DNA from: a virus
Taxonomy: Duplodnaviria; Caudoviricetes
Virus record (IMG/VR): IMGVR_UViG_3300005805_000014
Span: 1-32,691 of that record
Length of the DNA: 32,691 nucleotides
Direction: 5' to 3' (one strand)
In this document: positions 1-8,132 of the stretch, piece by piece
Numbering within the stretch: position 1 is the stretch's first letter
Layout of the letters: every line of letters begins with the position of its first letter
Made by a program: the position numbers and the translations under genes
The notes under the pieces: generated by a model
Told to the model about the DNA's origin: nothing
Databases searched by the model: none
The model's input: only the letters and a program-made list of their open reading frames with translations

Positions 1-99
1 ATTCTGGGAGGCAGGTTTCAAAAAGAATATTGACTACTCTAATATCATAAAAGAGAGGGCAATTATTTGCATTTGTTACAAATGGGAGGATGAAAAGGA
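1..99. repeat. Terminal direct repeat, left copy (assembly circularity overlap)
   Basis: 1-99 is identical to 32593-32691, and an ORF reads through the join. Confidence 0.97.
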
Positions 100-673
100 T
101 GTTTACGGACTCCATTGGGACAAGAAACAGAATGACAAAAAAATGCTTGAGGAATTTATCAAGGTTGCAGATCAATCACATGAAATGGTTGGGCACAATG
201 GAGATAAATTTGATTTGGCATGGATCAGAACCAGATGTCTGTTTCATGGAATTAATATGTTCCCAAAGTACACAACCATAGATACTCTCAAGGTTGCGAG
301 GAGTAAATTTAGATTTAACTCAAACAGGCTCAATTACATAGCTAATTATTTAGGCATTGGCAGTAAGATAAAAACAGAGTTTGATCTCTGGAAAGCAATA
401 CTATTGGAGAGTGATCAGGCAGCAATGGAAAAAATGATTAAGTATTGCAAAAATGATGTAATTTTATTGGAGAAAGTTTTCAAGCATTTGAATAATCATA
501 TTGAACCGAAAACTCACTATGGTGTTTTATTTGGTCAATATCGGGGAACTTGCCCTGAGTGTGGTAGTGATGATATAACGAGAAATGGGGTGAGGACTAC
601 TGCAACAGGGGTTATTAAGGTTATGTACAAATGTAAAACTTGCAATAAAATGCATCAAAAGACTGACAAATGA
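2..673 (+). CDS. DnaQ-like DEDDy 3'-5' exonuclease (RNase_H_2-like) with C-terminal zinc ribbon; 3' part of a 243-aa gene starting at 32534
   Basis: The joined ORF has ExoI FFDIET, ExoII GHNGDKFD, ExoIII YCKNDV and CPECG...CKTC. Confidence 0.88.
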   Translation, partial: FWEAGFKKNIDYSNIIKERAIICICYKWEDEKDVYGLHWDKKQNDKKMLEEFIKVADQSHEMVGHNGDKFDLAWIRTRCLFHGINMFPKYTTIDTLKVARSKFRFNSNRLNYIANYLGIGSKIKTEFDLWKAILLESDQAAMEKMIKYCKNDVILLEKVFKHLNNHIEPKTHYGVLFGQYRGTCPECGSDDITRNGVRTTATGVIKVMYKCKTCNKMHQKTDK

Positions 674-867
674 TACCTAAAAAAATTAACAAAATGAGCA
701 TTGAAGAACAGGAGGTTTTTCTGGTTAAAAAGATACAAGAGTTACATATCAAGGAAACTATTTACAGGAGGGCATTAGCACAGGTTAGGGGAAAACATAA
801 ATTAGAAGTTTCAGATTTGGAAAGACCTGATCTGTTAGAAATGAAAGATGAAACTAAAGCTGCATGA
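670..867 (+). CDS. Hypothetical protein
   Basis: 65 aa, with an ATGA overlap onto the upstream stop. Confidence 0.65.
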   Translation: MIPKKINKMSIEEQEVFLVKKIQELHIKETIYRRALAQVRGKHKLEVSDLERPDLLEMKDETKAA

Positions 868-1147
868 TAGAGTAGAGCCTAAGATTAGGATAAAATACCG
901 AAAACTCGGTAAAGAGAGGGTATGGGGTATAGCTCACTCTGATGGGTTAATCGAAATTGATCCATCTATCAAAGGGAAAAAGCATCTTGAGATAATTATT
1001 CATGAAATTCTGCATTTATTATGGTTTGAGGCGAGTGAGGAGGAGATTGAAAGAAAATCCATCATCCTGACAAAGGCTCTCTGGAAAGAGAATTATCGGA
1101 GGGTGGAAATAAACGAGGATTTGCCTCTGCAAGATGGAACGATATGA
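848..1147 (+). CDS. Small zincin-type metallopeptidase-domain protein
   Basis: HEILH (HExxH) preceded by WG...IEID. Confidence 0.65.
   Translation: MKLKLHDRVEPKIRIKYRKLGKERVWGIAHSDGLIEIDPSIKGKKHLEIIIHEILHLLWFEASEEEIERKSIILTKALWKENYRRVEINEDLPLQDGTI
991..1022 (+). promoter_or_regulatory. Possible late-promoter motif copy (intragenic)
   Basis: GATAA(991)-N17-CATTTATTA(1013), upstream of the HNH, methyltransferase and terminase genes. Confidence 0.4.
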
Positions 1148-1410
1148 AACCTCACACGAAAACATACATGAAATATTTCGGTTATGGAATTGATGATTTC
1201 ATTGGGTGTGAAGTATGCGGTAATAAAGCTGTTGACATTCATCATATTGATTGCAGGGGTATGGGTAGCTCAAAAGATAAAGACACGATCCAAAATCTGA
1301 TGGCAGTATGTCGGATGTGCCATGAGAGATATGGGGACAAGAAAGAGCACACAGAGTGGTTAAAACAACAGCATCAACTTTTTATAGATAGATATGGGAA
1401 AATATACTGA
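1144..1410 (+). CDS. HNH endonuclease-like protein
   Basis: CEVCG..AVDIHHI...NLMAVCRMCH; located near the terminase. Confidence 0.8.
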   Translation: MKPHTKTYMKYFGYGIDDFIGCEVCGNKAVDIHHIDCRGMGSSKDKDTIQNLMAVCRMCHERYGDKKEHTEWLKQQHQLFIDRYGKIY

Positions 1411-1924
1411 TAAGGAATTTCTGAAAGTAGAATTAGAGAGAGGCATTAGTCTGGATAATCTGCAGTTTCTGGATTTGGCTAAAAATACTGTAGCTCAAAT
1501 GCAAGGCTATGGGCAGAAAATCATTGATTACGGATGTGGGGTTGGAGCATATTCTAAGGCTGCTATGGAATTAGGGTTTCAGGTAGAGGCTATTGAGAAA
1601 TTCAAGGCTCACAGGGATTATCTAAAACAAAGGTTACCAGAGCTAAAAATCATCAATAAGTTAAAGAATGTTGACATCATGCTATTTATCGAAGTAGCGG
1701 AGCACATGACAGATAATGAGATATTTGCCCTATTTGAACAGGCTGCTCCTATCTGGATATTATTCAGCAGCACTCCTCATAAATCTGCAAATGATGAGCA
1801 ATGGGGGCATATAAACATAAAACAACCTCAGGAATGGGATGCATTTTTTGCAACAGTTGGCTACAGGAAACACAAAGATTTAACCCTCCCTACAGAATGG
1901 AGTAAAATATATCAGTTAATATGA
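1394..1924 (+). CDS. Class I SAM-dependent methyltransferase
   Basis: IIDYGCGVG motif I, EVAEH, FSSTP and HIN motifs. Confidence 0.85.
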   Translation: MGKYTDKEFLKVELERGISLDNLQFLDLAKNTVAQMQGYGQKIIDYGCGVGAYSKAAMELGFQVEAIEKFKAHRDYLKQRLPELKIINKLKNVDIMLFIEVAEHMTDNEIFALFEQAAPIWILFSSTPHKSANDEQWGHINIKQPQEWDAFFATVGYRKHKDLTLPTEWSKIYQLI

Positions 1925-2040
1925 AAAAGGGTGCAGATAAAGTAAAAGTTACATTTGGCAAAAGAAAGAAAGGAAAGGCTCAAAAATCATTTAATAAACA
2001 TGACAGAAAAGAAAGAACCTATAGGGGGCAAGGTAGGTAG
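1921..2040 (+). CDS. 39-aa highly basic protein ending YRGQGR (not in the ORF track)
   Basis: ATGA-coupled to the methyltransferase stop; translates to MKKGADKVKVTFGKRKKGKAQKSFNKHDRKERTYRGQGR. Confidence 0.7.
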   Translation: MKKGADKVKVTFGKRKKGKAQKSFNKHDRKERTYRGQGR

Positions 2041-2449
2041 ACCTACAGAATACAAAGAGGAGTTCTGCCAGATGCTCATTGAGCATATGAGTGAGGGATA
2101 TTCATTCGAGAGTTTTGGTGGAATTGTCGGGGTTTCTGAGAGGGTTTTGTATGATTGGGAAAAAAAATTTCCTGAATTTCTGCACTCCAAAGAGATAGGA
2201 ACGCAAAAAAGTATGATCTGGTGGGAGAAAATAGGGCGAATGGGTATGATCAATGAGATACCATTTTTCAATGATAGAATCTGGAGGCTCAACATGATCA
2301 ACAGGTTCAGGAGCAAATGGTCAGATGGGACTAAGAACGAAAACAACGATAAAGTAAAAACTGAAATAGTTGTCAGATACGGAAATAAAACAGATAGACC
2401 TGTGGCTACCGATAGCTCATCAGACTCAGCAGAAAGTTCTGGACTGTGA
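2000..2449 (+). CDS. terS: Terminase small subunit
   Basis: GRPTEY followed by an HTH (GYSFESFGGIVGVSERVLYDW), directly upstream of terL. ATG 2000 preferred over TTG 1955. Confidence 0.85.
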   Translation: MTEKKEPIGGKVGRPTEYKEEFCQMLIEHMSEGYSFESFGGIVGVSERVLYDWEKKFPEFLHSKEIGTQKSMIWWEKIGRMGMINEIPFFNDRIWRLNMINRFRSKWSDGTKNENNDKVKTEIVVRYGNKTDRPVATDSSSDSAESSGL

Positions 2450-3554
2450 TGCGAGGTTTATAGTTCTGATGTGTGGAAGGCGGTGGGGGAAAAGTGTAAT
2501 CAGTCAATCCCTTGCTATTGACAATGCCCTGAATGGAAAACTTGTTGCATACATTACTCCTACCTACCAATTAGCGAAAATATTCTATGAGGAGATCGGC
2601 AGCAGATTGGATGCTGAATATGTAACAGGAAACAAATCTGATCTGGTATTTAATTTTTTCTCTGGGGGATCAATCAGGTTTTTTACAGGTGAAAGGTTGG
2701 ACAATCTCAGGGGACAGAAATTCCATCTGGCTATCATAGATGAGGCATCCTATATCCCGAACCTTGAGAATGGGTGGCTCAATGCTATCAGACCAACTCT
2801 CACAGACTTTAGGGGAAAAGCCATCTTTCTGTCAACTCCAAAAGGGCAGAACTACTTCTACTCTCTTTACATGAAATCAGGAGAGCATGGATGGCAGAGT
2901 TTCAAGTTTACAACATACGATAATCCCCATATTGCTCCTGAGGAAATAGATGATGCGAGAAGCCAACTGCCTATAGCGGTATTTGAGCAGGAATACATGG
3001 CTAACCCTATGGAAAATGCCTCCAATCCATTTGGCAGTCAGTTCATCAAAATGTGCACCAAACCTCAGAGCCTCTCAGAACCCCTTTATTTTGGCATAGA
3101 TGTCGCTAAATCGGTGGATTGGACTGTTATCATAGGATTGGATCAAAACGGAAATGTGAGCTATTTAAAGAGGTTTCAAAAGGATTGGGGCAGCACTAAA
3201 CAGGAAATCCTGAACCTGCCCAGAAAACCGATAGTCATAGACAGTACAGGAGTTGGCGATCCAATTTATGAGGATTTGCTGAGGCAAGGGATTCAAATTC
3301 AAGGACTTAAGTTCACATCTCAGTCAAAGCAGCAATTAATGATGGGTTTGCAGACAGCAATCCAGACAGGGAAAATAGGATTCCCTCAGGGGGTAATCAC
3401 AGAGGAGTTAGAAGTGTTTGAATATCAATACACTCCAACAGGGGTGAAATACTCAGCTCCCTCTGGTTTCCATGATGATGCAGTTATGGCTCTGGCTCTT
3501 GCTTACCATAACATGACCATGAAGGCAGGATCAGGTAGGTACAATTTCCTTTAA
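2370..3554 (+). CDS. terL: Terminase large subunit
   Basis: Walker A CGRRWGKS, Walker B IIDEA, STP motif, nuclease motifs GIDVA, IDSTG and HDDAV. Start codon uncertain (TTG). Confidence 0.95.
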   Translation: MSDTEIKQIDLWLPIAHQTQQKVLDCDARFIVLMCGRRWGKSVISQSLAIDNALNGKLVAYITPTYQLAKIFYEEIGSRLDAEYVTGNKSDLVFNFFSGGSIRFFTGERLDNLRGQKFHLAIIDEASYIPNLENGWLNAIRPTLTDFRGKAIFLSTPKGQNYFYSLYMKSGEHGWQSFKFTTYDNPHIAPEEIDDARSQLPIAVFEQEYMANPMENASNPFGSQFIKMCTKPQSLSEPLYFGIDVAKSVDWTVIIGLDQNGNVSYLKRFQKDWGSTKQEILNLPRKPIVIDSTGVGDPIYEDLLRQGIQIQGLKFTSQSKQQLMMGLQTAIQTGKIGFPQGVITEELEVFEYQYTPTGVKYSAPSGFHDDAVMALALAYHNMTMKAGSGRYNFL

Positions 3555-3570
3555 AAAAAAGTTTATCTCT

Positions 3571-3604
3571 TTTGCACTTTGTATTAAAGAAAGGTTTATC
3601 TTTG
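3571..3604 (+). promoter_or_regulatory. Bacteroidota sigma-A type early promoter
   Basis: -7 TATCTTTG (3597-3604) with upstream TTTG at 3571 or 3578. Confidence 0.7.
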
Positions 3605-3623
3605 ACAGACAAAACCAATTATT

Positions 3624-3821
3624 ATGTCAAAACAAGAACAAATCAAAGATTTAAGAGATCAATTGGATCGTCTTTATTCAGAAATGCCTGAAACATTTTT
3701 TGAATTAGAGCAGAGAAACAAAACTGCTTTTTTAGTTACTATGCAATTGGAGAAATTAGAGAATCCAGAATCTTATTATCAAAACATTAACCATTGGGAA
3801 AATTACGAAATTAGATTTTAA
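3624..3821 (+). CDS. Hypothetical early protein
   Basis: 65 aa; leader AAACCAATTATTATG. Confidence 0.75.
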   Translation: MSKQEQIKDLRDQLDRLYSEMPETFFELEQRNKTAFLVTMQLEKLENPESYYQNINHWENYEIRF

Positions 3822-3825
3822 AACA

Positions 3826-3841
3826 GGGGCAGCAATGCCCC
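3826..3841 (+). promoter_or_regulatory. Intergenic GNRA-tetraloop hairpin
   Basis: GGGGCA-GCAA-TGCCCC with no U-tract. Confidence 0.7.
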
Positions 3842-3855
3842 ACAAACCAACTATT

Positions 3856-4236
3856 ATGAACACAGAAACAAAACACTACGAAAACAAATGGGTAAATGTT
3901 AGCTCTTATTACAAATTACCCATGAGCAATGCAACATTTAATCTTTATGATTTAATTAAAAATTGGGAAACTTTCAGCCATTTGAATAAATTGGAAAAAG
4001 TTAATGTAAAGCAGTTTTATTTCAACACAGGTAATACTGCATATTCAAGAGCAGAAAGTTATAAATTGATTAACAGGAGCAATGTTGAAAGTATTTATAT
4101 TGTTAGATTCAGAAACGATGGATTTGGAACACAAATATTTAAATGGGATGGAACAGTTGAAGAATGGGAAAATTATTCAATTGAGAATGATAGAAAAGAA
4201 TTTATGATCTCAATGGACAGATATAATAGAATATAA
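3856..4236 (+). CDS. Hypothetical early protein
   Basis: Start moved to ATG 3856, after the leader AAACCAACTATT; very AT-rich. Confidence 0.75.
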   Translation: MNTETKHYENKWVNVSSYYKLPMSNATFNLYDLIKNWETFSHLNKLEKVNVKQFYFNTGNTAYSRAESYKLINRSNVESIYIVRFRNDGFGTQIFKWDGTVEEWENYSIENDRKEFMISMDRYNRI

Positions 4237-4243
4237 AAATCAT

Positions 4244-4259
4244 GGGGGAGAAATCCCCC
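4244..4259 (+). promoter_or_regulatory. Intergenic GNRA-tetraloop hairpin
   Basis: GGGGGA-GAAA-TCCCCC followed by only TTT. Confidence 0.7.
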
Positions 4260-4273
4260 TTTAAAACCATGTT

Positions 4274-4360
4274 ATGAAAAAGGAAACATTAAACTTAATT
4301 TTAGCCTTAATTATCGGATCAATTATTATCGGATTACTTCAAGACAACTACTGTTTATGA
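4274..4360 (+). CDS. 28-aa single-TM peptide (not in the ORF track)
   Basis: MKKETLNLILALIIGSIIIGLLQDNYCL; leader AAAACCATGTT; ATGA-coupled to the next gene. Confidence 0.6.
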   Translation: MKKETLNLILALIIGSIIIGLLQDNYCL

Positions 4361-4710
4361 TTACGAATTTTGAAAACGAAACCTGCCCTTTATCGGATGA
4401 TGAGAAACATTTCATCCCTCTGATCATTCAGGGACTATCAACCAAGACAAAAGAGAATCCTATTAAATCGGATGACATCTGCGAGAAGTTAAATGCTAAG
4501 TATGATTTCGGCTGCAAGATGACAGGAGCAAGGCTTAGAAAGATTACCAACTTTATCAGGAGTGAGGGCATCCTACCTGTGATTGCAACCTCAAATGGTT
4601 ACTATTGCAGCTATGACAAAAGAGAGATTGAGAGCCAGATAAAGAGCCTGTATGAGAGAGCAGAGGCAATAACCAAAAGTGCAGATGGATTAAAAAAGTT
4701 TTTATATTAG
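4357..4710 (+). CDS. Putative winged-helix DNA-binding protein
   Basis: Pattern PIKSDDICEKLN...GARLRKITNFIRSEG..PVIATSNGYY. Confidence 0.6.
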   Translation: MITNFENETCPLSDDEKHFIPLIIQGLSTKTKENPIKSDDICEKLNAKYDFGCKMTGARLRKITNFIRSEGILPVIATSNGYYCSYDKREIESQIKSLYERAEAITKSADGLKKFLY

Positions 4711-4745
4711 TGAAATATTATTTACATTTACAAAAATCAACTATT

Positions 4746-4943
4746 ATGGTACTTGAAATCGAAAAAAGAACAGACATTTTTGGCAAGGTAGAATTTTTAG
4801 TATGGCTTAAAGATGCTCCTACATTTAATTTCAAATGTATGGCAGTATGCGACACAGAGGAACAGGCAGAGCAGGAGGTGGCTAATTTATTAGATAAACT
4901 GACTGAGCCAAAATCAGATATTATAAAACAAATACAAATATGA
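4746..4943 (+). CDS. Hypothetical protein
   Basis: Start moved to ATG 4746 after AAATCAACTATT; near-consensus -7 TACATTTA at 4723. Confidence 0.65.
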   Translation: MVLEIEKRTDIFGKVEFLVWLKDAPTFNFKCMAVCDTEEQAEQEVANLLDKLTEPKSDIIKQIQI

Positions 4944-5161
4944 TCGGTGAACTATTGAAAGCAGAAAGACAAAAACAAAACCTAACCCAGAAACAACTTG
5001 CTGAGAAATCAGGCATCAGTTTTGTTTCTATAAGCAGATTTGAAAATGGCACTCAACCAAGATTATCAATTATTACAAAAATCTTTGATGCGATGGGCAA
5101 GACGTTGCAAATTGAGGTCAAGGATAAAGCATCTGATGTATTGGATGTGGTTTCCAATTAG
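4940..5161 (+). CDS. XRE/Cro-family HTH regulator
   Basis: LKAERQKQNLTQKQLAEKSGISFVSISRFENGTQPRL. Confidence 0.92.
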   Translation: MIGELLKAERQKQNLTQKQLAEKSGISFVSISRFENGTQPRLSIITKIFDAMGKTLQIEVKDKASDVLDVVSN

Positions 5162-5237
5162 TTGCATCCTTTGTTTTCCTATTGTTCTATTAGCTATTTA
5201 TTTTTTCATTGAGCAGAGATGGAGTGGAAAGATTTAA
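5136..5237 (+). CDS. Possible 33-aa membrane peptide
   Basis: MYWMWFPISCILCFPIVLLAIYFFIEQRWSGKI bridges the gap between flanking genes. Confidence 0.4.
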   Translation: MYWMWFPISCILCFPIVLLAIYFFIEQRWSGKI

Positions 5238-5929
5238 ACGTATTCCAATATCAGCAGCTTGAGCCTATCCTGACAGGTGGGGATATTATCGGTAATGCTA
5301 CCAAGATAATAGCTATCATTAACAATGATACTGAGGCTGCTGTTGAGAGATATGCTCCTGAAAGACTGAGCAAGGAAATAAAGAAAATGAATTTCTTGTT
5401 GACTGAGATCAAAGGCTATCCTGTAAAATATATCAGGACTGCTAAAAATAAATACATCTGTAATTACGATATTAGCCAGATTAACACAGCCAGATATATA
5501 GAAACCAAAGTATTTGCAAAGGATGTAATTCAGAACCTACATAAATTAGCAGCCTCAATGGTTCATCCTACTAAATATTTTGGATTTGTTAAAGATAACT
5601 TTAATGCAGCCAAGCACTCAGACTATGCAGATGATATTCAGAGTGCTAAATTCTTGGATGTTTATTATAGTGTCAGTAAATTTATCAAGGTTATAAGTGA
5701 ATTAGATTCCAATTTTAAGGGACTTTATGAGGAGGTTGATGAGCAGATGGAGGAGCAGAGTGTGCGAGGAGGGAGCAGATTTGTGGAGTTTTATGGTTGG
5801 CACTATTGCGTAAAAATAGTGGCAGAGCATGAAATGATACCTTTAGACCAAGCCTATGAGCTACCATGTATGCAGTTCCTAAATGATCTGTCATATTTGA
5901 AGGCAGAAAGGGACTATTTAAAAAGATAA
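5219..5929 (+). CDS. Hypothetical protein, possibly a tail assembly chaperone
   Basis: 236 aa, acidic and helical, with C-terminal FVEFYGW...FLNDLSYLK; lies upstream of the tail block. Function is an inference. Confidence 0.5.
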   Translation: MEWKDLNVFQYQQLEPILTGGDIIGNATKIIAIINNDTEAAVERYAPERLSKEIKKMNFLLTEIKGYPVKYIRTAKNKYICNYDISQINTARYIETKVFAKDVIQNLHKLAASMVHPTKYFGFVKDNFNAAKHSDYADDIQSAKFLDVYYSVSKFIKVISELDSNFKGLYEEVDEQMEEQSVRGGSRFVEFYGWHYCVKIVAEHEMIPLDQAYELPCMQFLNDLSYLKAERDYLKR

Positions 5930-6165
5930 TGGAGATTGAAATTTTATATCATACGGACACTACCAGAATGCTCAAAGATTTGGACATGGAGTTCAATTGG
6001 GAGGATTTAGACAGGAGGATGGCTTATTTTAATACTGTGGATGTGATCATCCCATATGAGAGAGATGGGGTAGAATACACAGAGATTCATGTAGGGCATG
6101 GGACATATATCAGTCCATTGCCATACCATTTACTCAAAGAGATTTTATTGCAGCATTTATTTTAA
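5929..6165 (+). CDS. Hypothetical protein
   Basis: 78 aa, TAATG-coupled. Confidence 0.7.
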   Translation: MEIEILYHTDTTRMLKDLDMEFNWEDLDRRMAYFNTVDVIIPYERDGVEYTEIHVGHGTYISPLPYHLLKEILLQHLF

Positions 6166-6191
6166 GAGTTTTTCATAGCGGTTGTTTTGAT

Positions 6192-6220
6192 CCCCTTGCA
6201 TTTCTATGCAGGGGTTTTTT
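6192..6220 (+). terminator. Intrinsic terminator
   Basis: CCCCTTGCAT-TTCT-ATGCAGGGG followed by TTTTTT. Confidence 0.8.
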
Positions 6221-6224
6221 CTGA

Positions 6225-6255
6225 GATAATATCCTCAATTTGCCTCATTTATTAG
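6225..6255 (+). promoter_or_regulatory. Putative late promoter
   Basis: GATAA-N16-CATTTATTAG directly before ATG 6257. Confidence 0.65.
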
Positions 6256-6256
6256 T

Positions 6257-6946
6257 ATGAGGAAAGAACAGGCTGCCTTCATAGCTGAGAAGTTTCTGGA
6301 CAGATTTAAAGATGGCTACGATATTGTAGATGAGAATAATCTGCCTGTACTTCAAGCATTTTTGAATGCAGCAGGTCGGCAGTTTCAGACATTAGTAAAA
6401 CAGAATCTGGATACTGATGGCTCAATCTCTACAGGTGCTCTTTATGATATTCCTTTTAAACTTGCCTATGGAGATTCTGGGCAGACTACTTTGGAGGTAG
6501 GTTATGCCAAAGGCAGCAAACAGATCAAATACTATGATTTTGTAAATCAGGGTGTAAGGGGTGTTGGAGGCAAGAATGCAAAGCCTAAACCAAACACAGG
6601 GAAGTACAAGTTCAAGAGCAAAAAGGCAGGGTATTTCATGGCTAATGCGATAATTAAATGGTTAGCCAATGCCAAAATAAGTACAAAGACTGAGCAAGTA
6701 ACATTGAGTGCATCTACCAAGAAAAAGAGAAGTTTGTCTGCAATGTCTGATGCTGCTGCGAGTAGGCGAAAACTTTCTTTCCAGATAGCTACTGCAATTA
6801 AACGAGATGGATTGAGGGGAACAGGATTTTTTGATAAAGCATTTAAACAGACATTTGATCAGGATTTCCTGAATGGGGTGGCTACTGCAGTAGTAACTGA
6901 TTTACAATTAACAATAAGAACATATGGCAATAACGATAACAGATAG
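6257..6946 (+). CDS. Putative tail completion/neck protein
   Basis: Basic protein with STGALY..., YYDFVNQGV and IKRDGLRGTGFF, resembling HK97 gp10-type proteins; first gene of the tail block. Confidence 0.5.
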   Translation: MRKEQAAFIAEKFLDRFKDGYDIVDENNLPVLQAFLNAAGRQFQTLVKQNLDTDGSISTGALYDIPFKLAYGDSGQTTLEVGYAKGSKQIKYYDFVNQGVRGVGGKNAKPKPNTGKYKFKSKKAGYFMANAIIKWLANAKISTKTEQVTLSASTKKKRSLSAMSDAAASRRKLSFQIATAIKRDGLRGTGFFDKAFKQTFDQDFLNGVATAVVTDLQLTIRTYGNNDNR

Positions 6947-8132
6947 TCCTGCTACATATGCATCCTTGCATGATGATTTATGGTTTGTTTCGAGTTCAAC
7001 AAACTCAGGAACTACCAATTTCAAATTTGTTTACGATGTAAGGGTAAACGGAAACATAGTATCAACTGTGAAGGTTTTCCCTGATCCATCAGGCAGCTAT
7101 GGGATATTTAATGCGAGTCCAATAGTAAGGGCATATGTTACTAACTATTTTGAGCCTTCAGGGAACTCTGTTCTGGTTGCCTCTAATGACAAATTAAAGG
7201 TAACTTATAATGTGGCTGTGGGTGAGGAGGTAACAGGTACAATTACTCGAAATATGGCATCTGGAGAGTTTAGCTCTTATAACTATTATCCTCCTCTGTT
7301 TGCCGATATTTTGGCAGTCAATGATAATACTCCATTAGTCCTTTCAAACTACTATGATAATCTACTGATTGAGAATTTCTCAGATGATTGGCTGACTGAA
7401 AGGGACACAGATAATATAGGCATAGAATACGGAGATAATTTCTATGCTACCTACTTCAAGAAAACAGGTGGAACATACTCTGCATGGGTTGAGGTTGTAA
7501 ACTCTGCAGAACAGGTGCTGACTACAGTAAGTGCTAATATAAGCCTTGCAGGAGAGATGAATTTGTTCAATCTACAGGCAGAGCACGTTAACACATGGGC
7601 AGGATCAACTATCATAACAGATTCTACCTATGGATATAATTTCTATCTGAAAAGAGGAGTAGCAGTTTCCAGAGTTCTAAAGATTAGGCAGAAATGCTAT
7701 CCTAAATACAAACAATATAACCTGCATTTCCTGAATAGGTTAGGCGGTTGGGACACTATGAAATTTGCTCTGGTCAATCGGAGGAGTTCAGAGTTTCAGA
7801 GGAGCTCATACAGGAGAAATGATTGGCAGTTATCTGGCAACCAGATGAAAAATGTGGATAGCTATAACCGATACAATGAAACAGCTTTGAACTATGCGAT
7901 CCAACATAAAGACAGATTCCATTTGATTAGTGATTGGGTTAGTGAGCAAGATTACACATGGTTGGCTCAGTTGGTCAGTTCAAGTATCTGCTACATTGAG
8001 GTTTTGGGTGCATATTTCCCTGTAACAGTCCAGAGCTCAAACTATACATATAAAGTACAGGCTGCAGACAAGTTATTTAATTTTGAAATTGACATTGAGG
8101 TAAGTAAATACATTAACTCACAATTCAGATGA
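6924..8132 (+). CDS. Virion structural protein (putative distal tail/baseplate)
   Basis: 402 aa, beta-rich, with LHFLNRLGGWD motif; tail context. Confidence 0.6.
   Translation: MAITITDSPATYASLHDDLWFVSSSTNSGTTNFKFVYDVRVNGNIVSTVKVFPDPSGSYGIFNASPIVRAYVTNYFEPSGNSVLVASNDKLKVTYNVAVGEEVTGTITRNMASGEFSSYNYYPPLFADILAVNDNTPLVLSNYYDNLLIENFSDDWLTERDTDNIGIEYGDNFYATYFKKTGGTYSAWVEVVNSAEQVLTTVSANISLAGEMNLFNLQAEHVNTWAGSTIITDSTYGYNFYLKRGVAVSRVLKIRQKCYPKYKQYNLHFLNRLGGWDTMKFALVNRRSSEFQRSSYRRNDWQLSGNQMKNVDSYNRYNETALNYAIQHKDRFHLISDWVSEQDYTWLAQLVSSSICYIEVLGAYFPVTVQSSNYTYKVQAADKLFNFEIDIEVSKYINSQFR

Noticed and set aside
1-99. 99-bp terminal repeat as a biological DTR or att site
   Set aside because: It falls mid-gene and its length equals a common assembler k-mer, so it is most likely a circular overlap.
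4940-5161. XRE gene as a lysogeny repressor
   Set aside because: There is no integrase, divergent promoter pair or S24 peptidase domain.
6169-6177. TTTTTCAT before terminators (also near 15149) as an antisense start or motif
   Set aside because: The antisense ORF at 6177 is only 4 codons, and two short AT-rich copies are not enough evidence.
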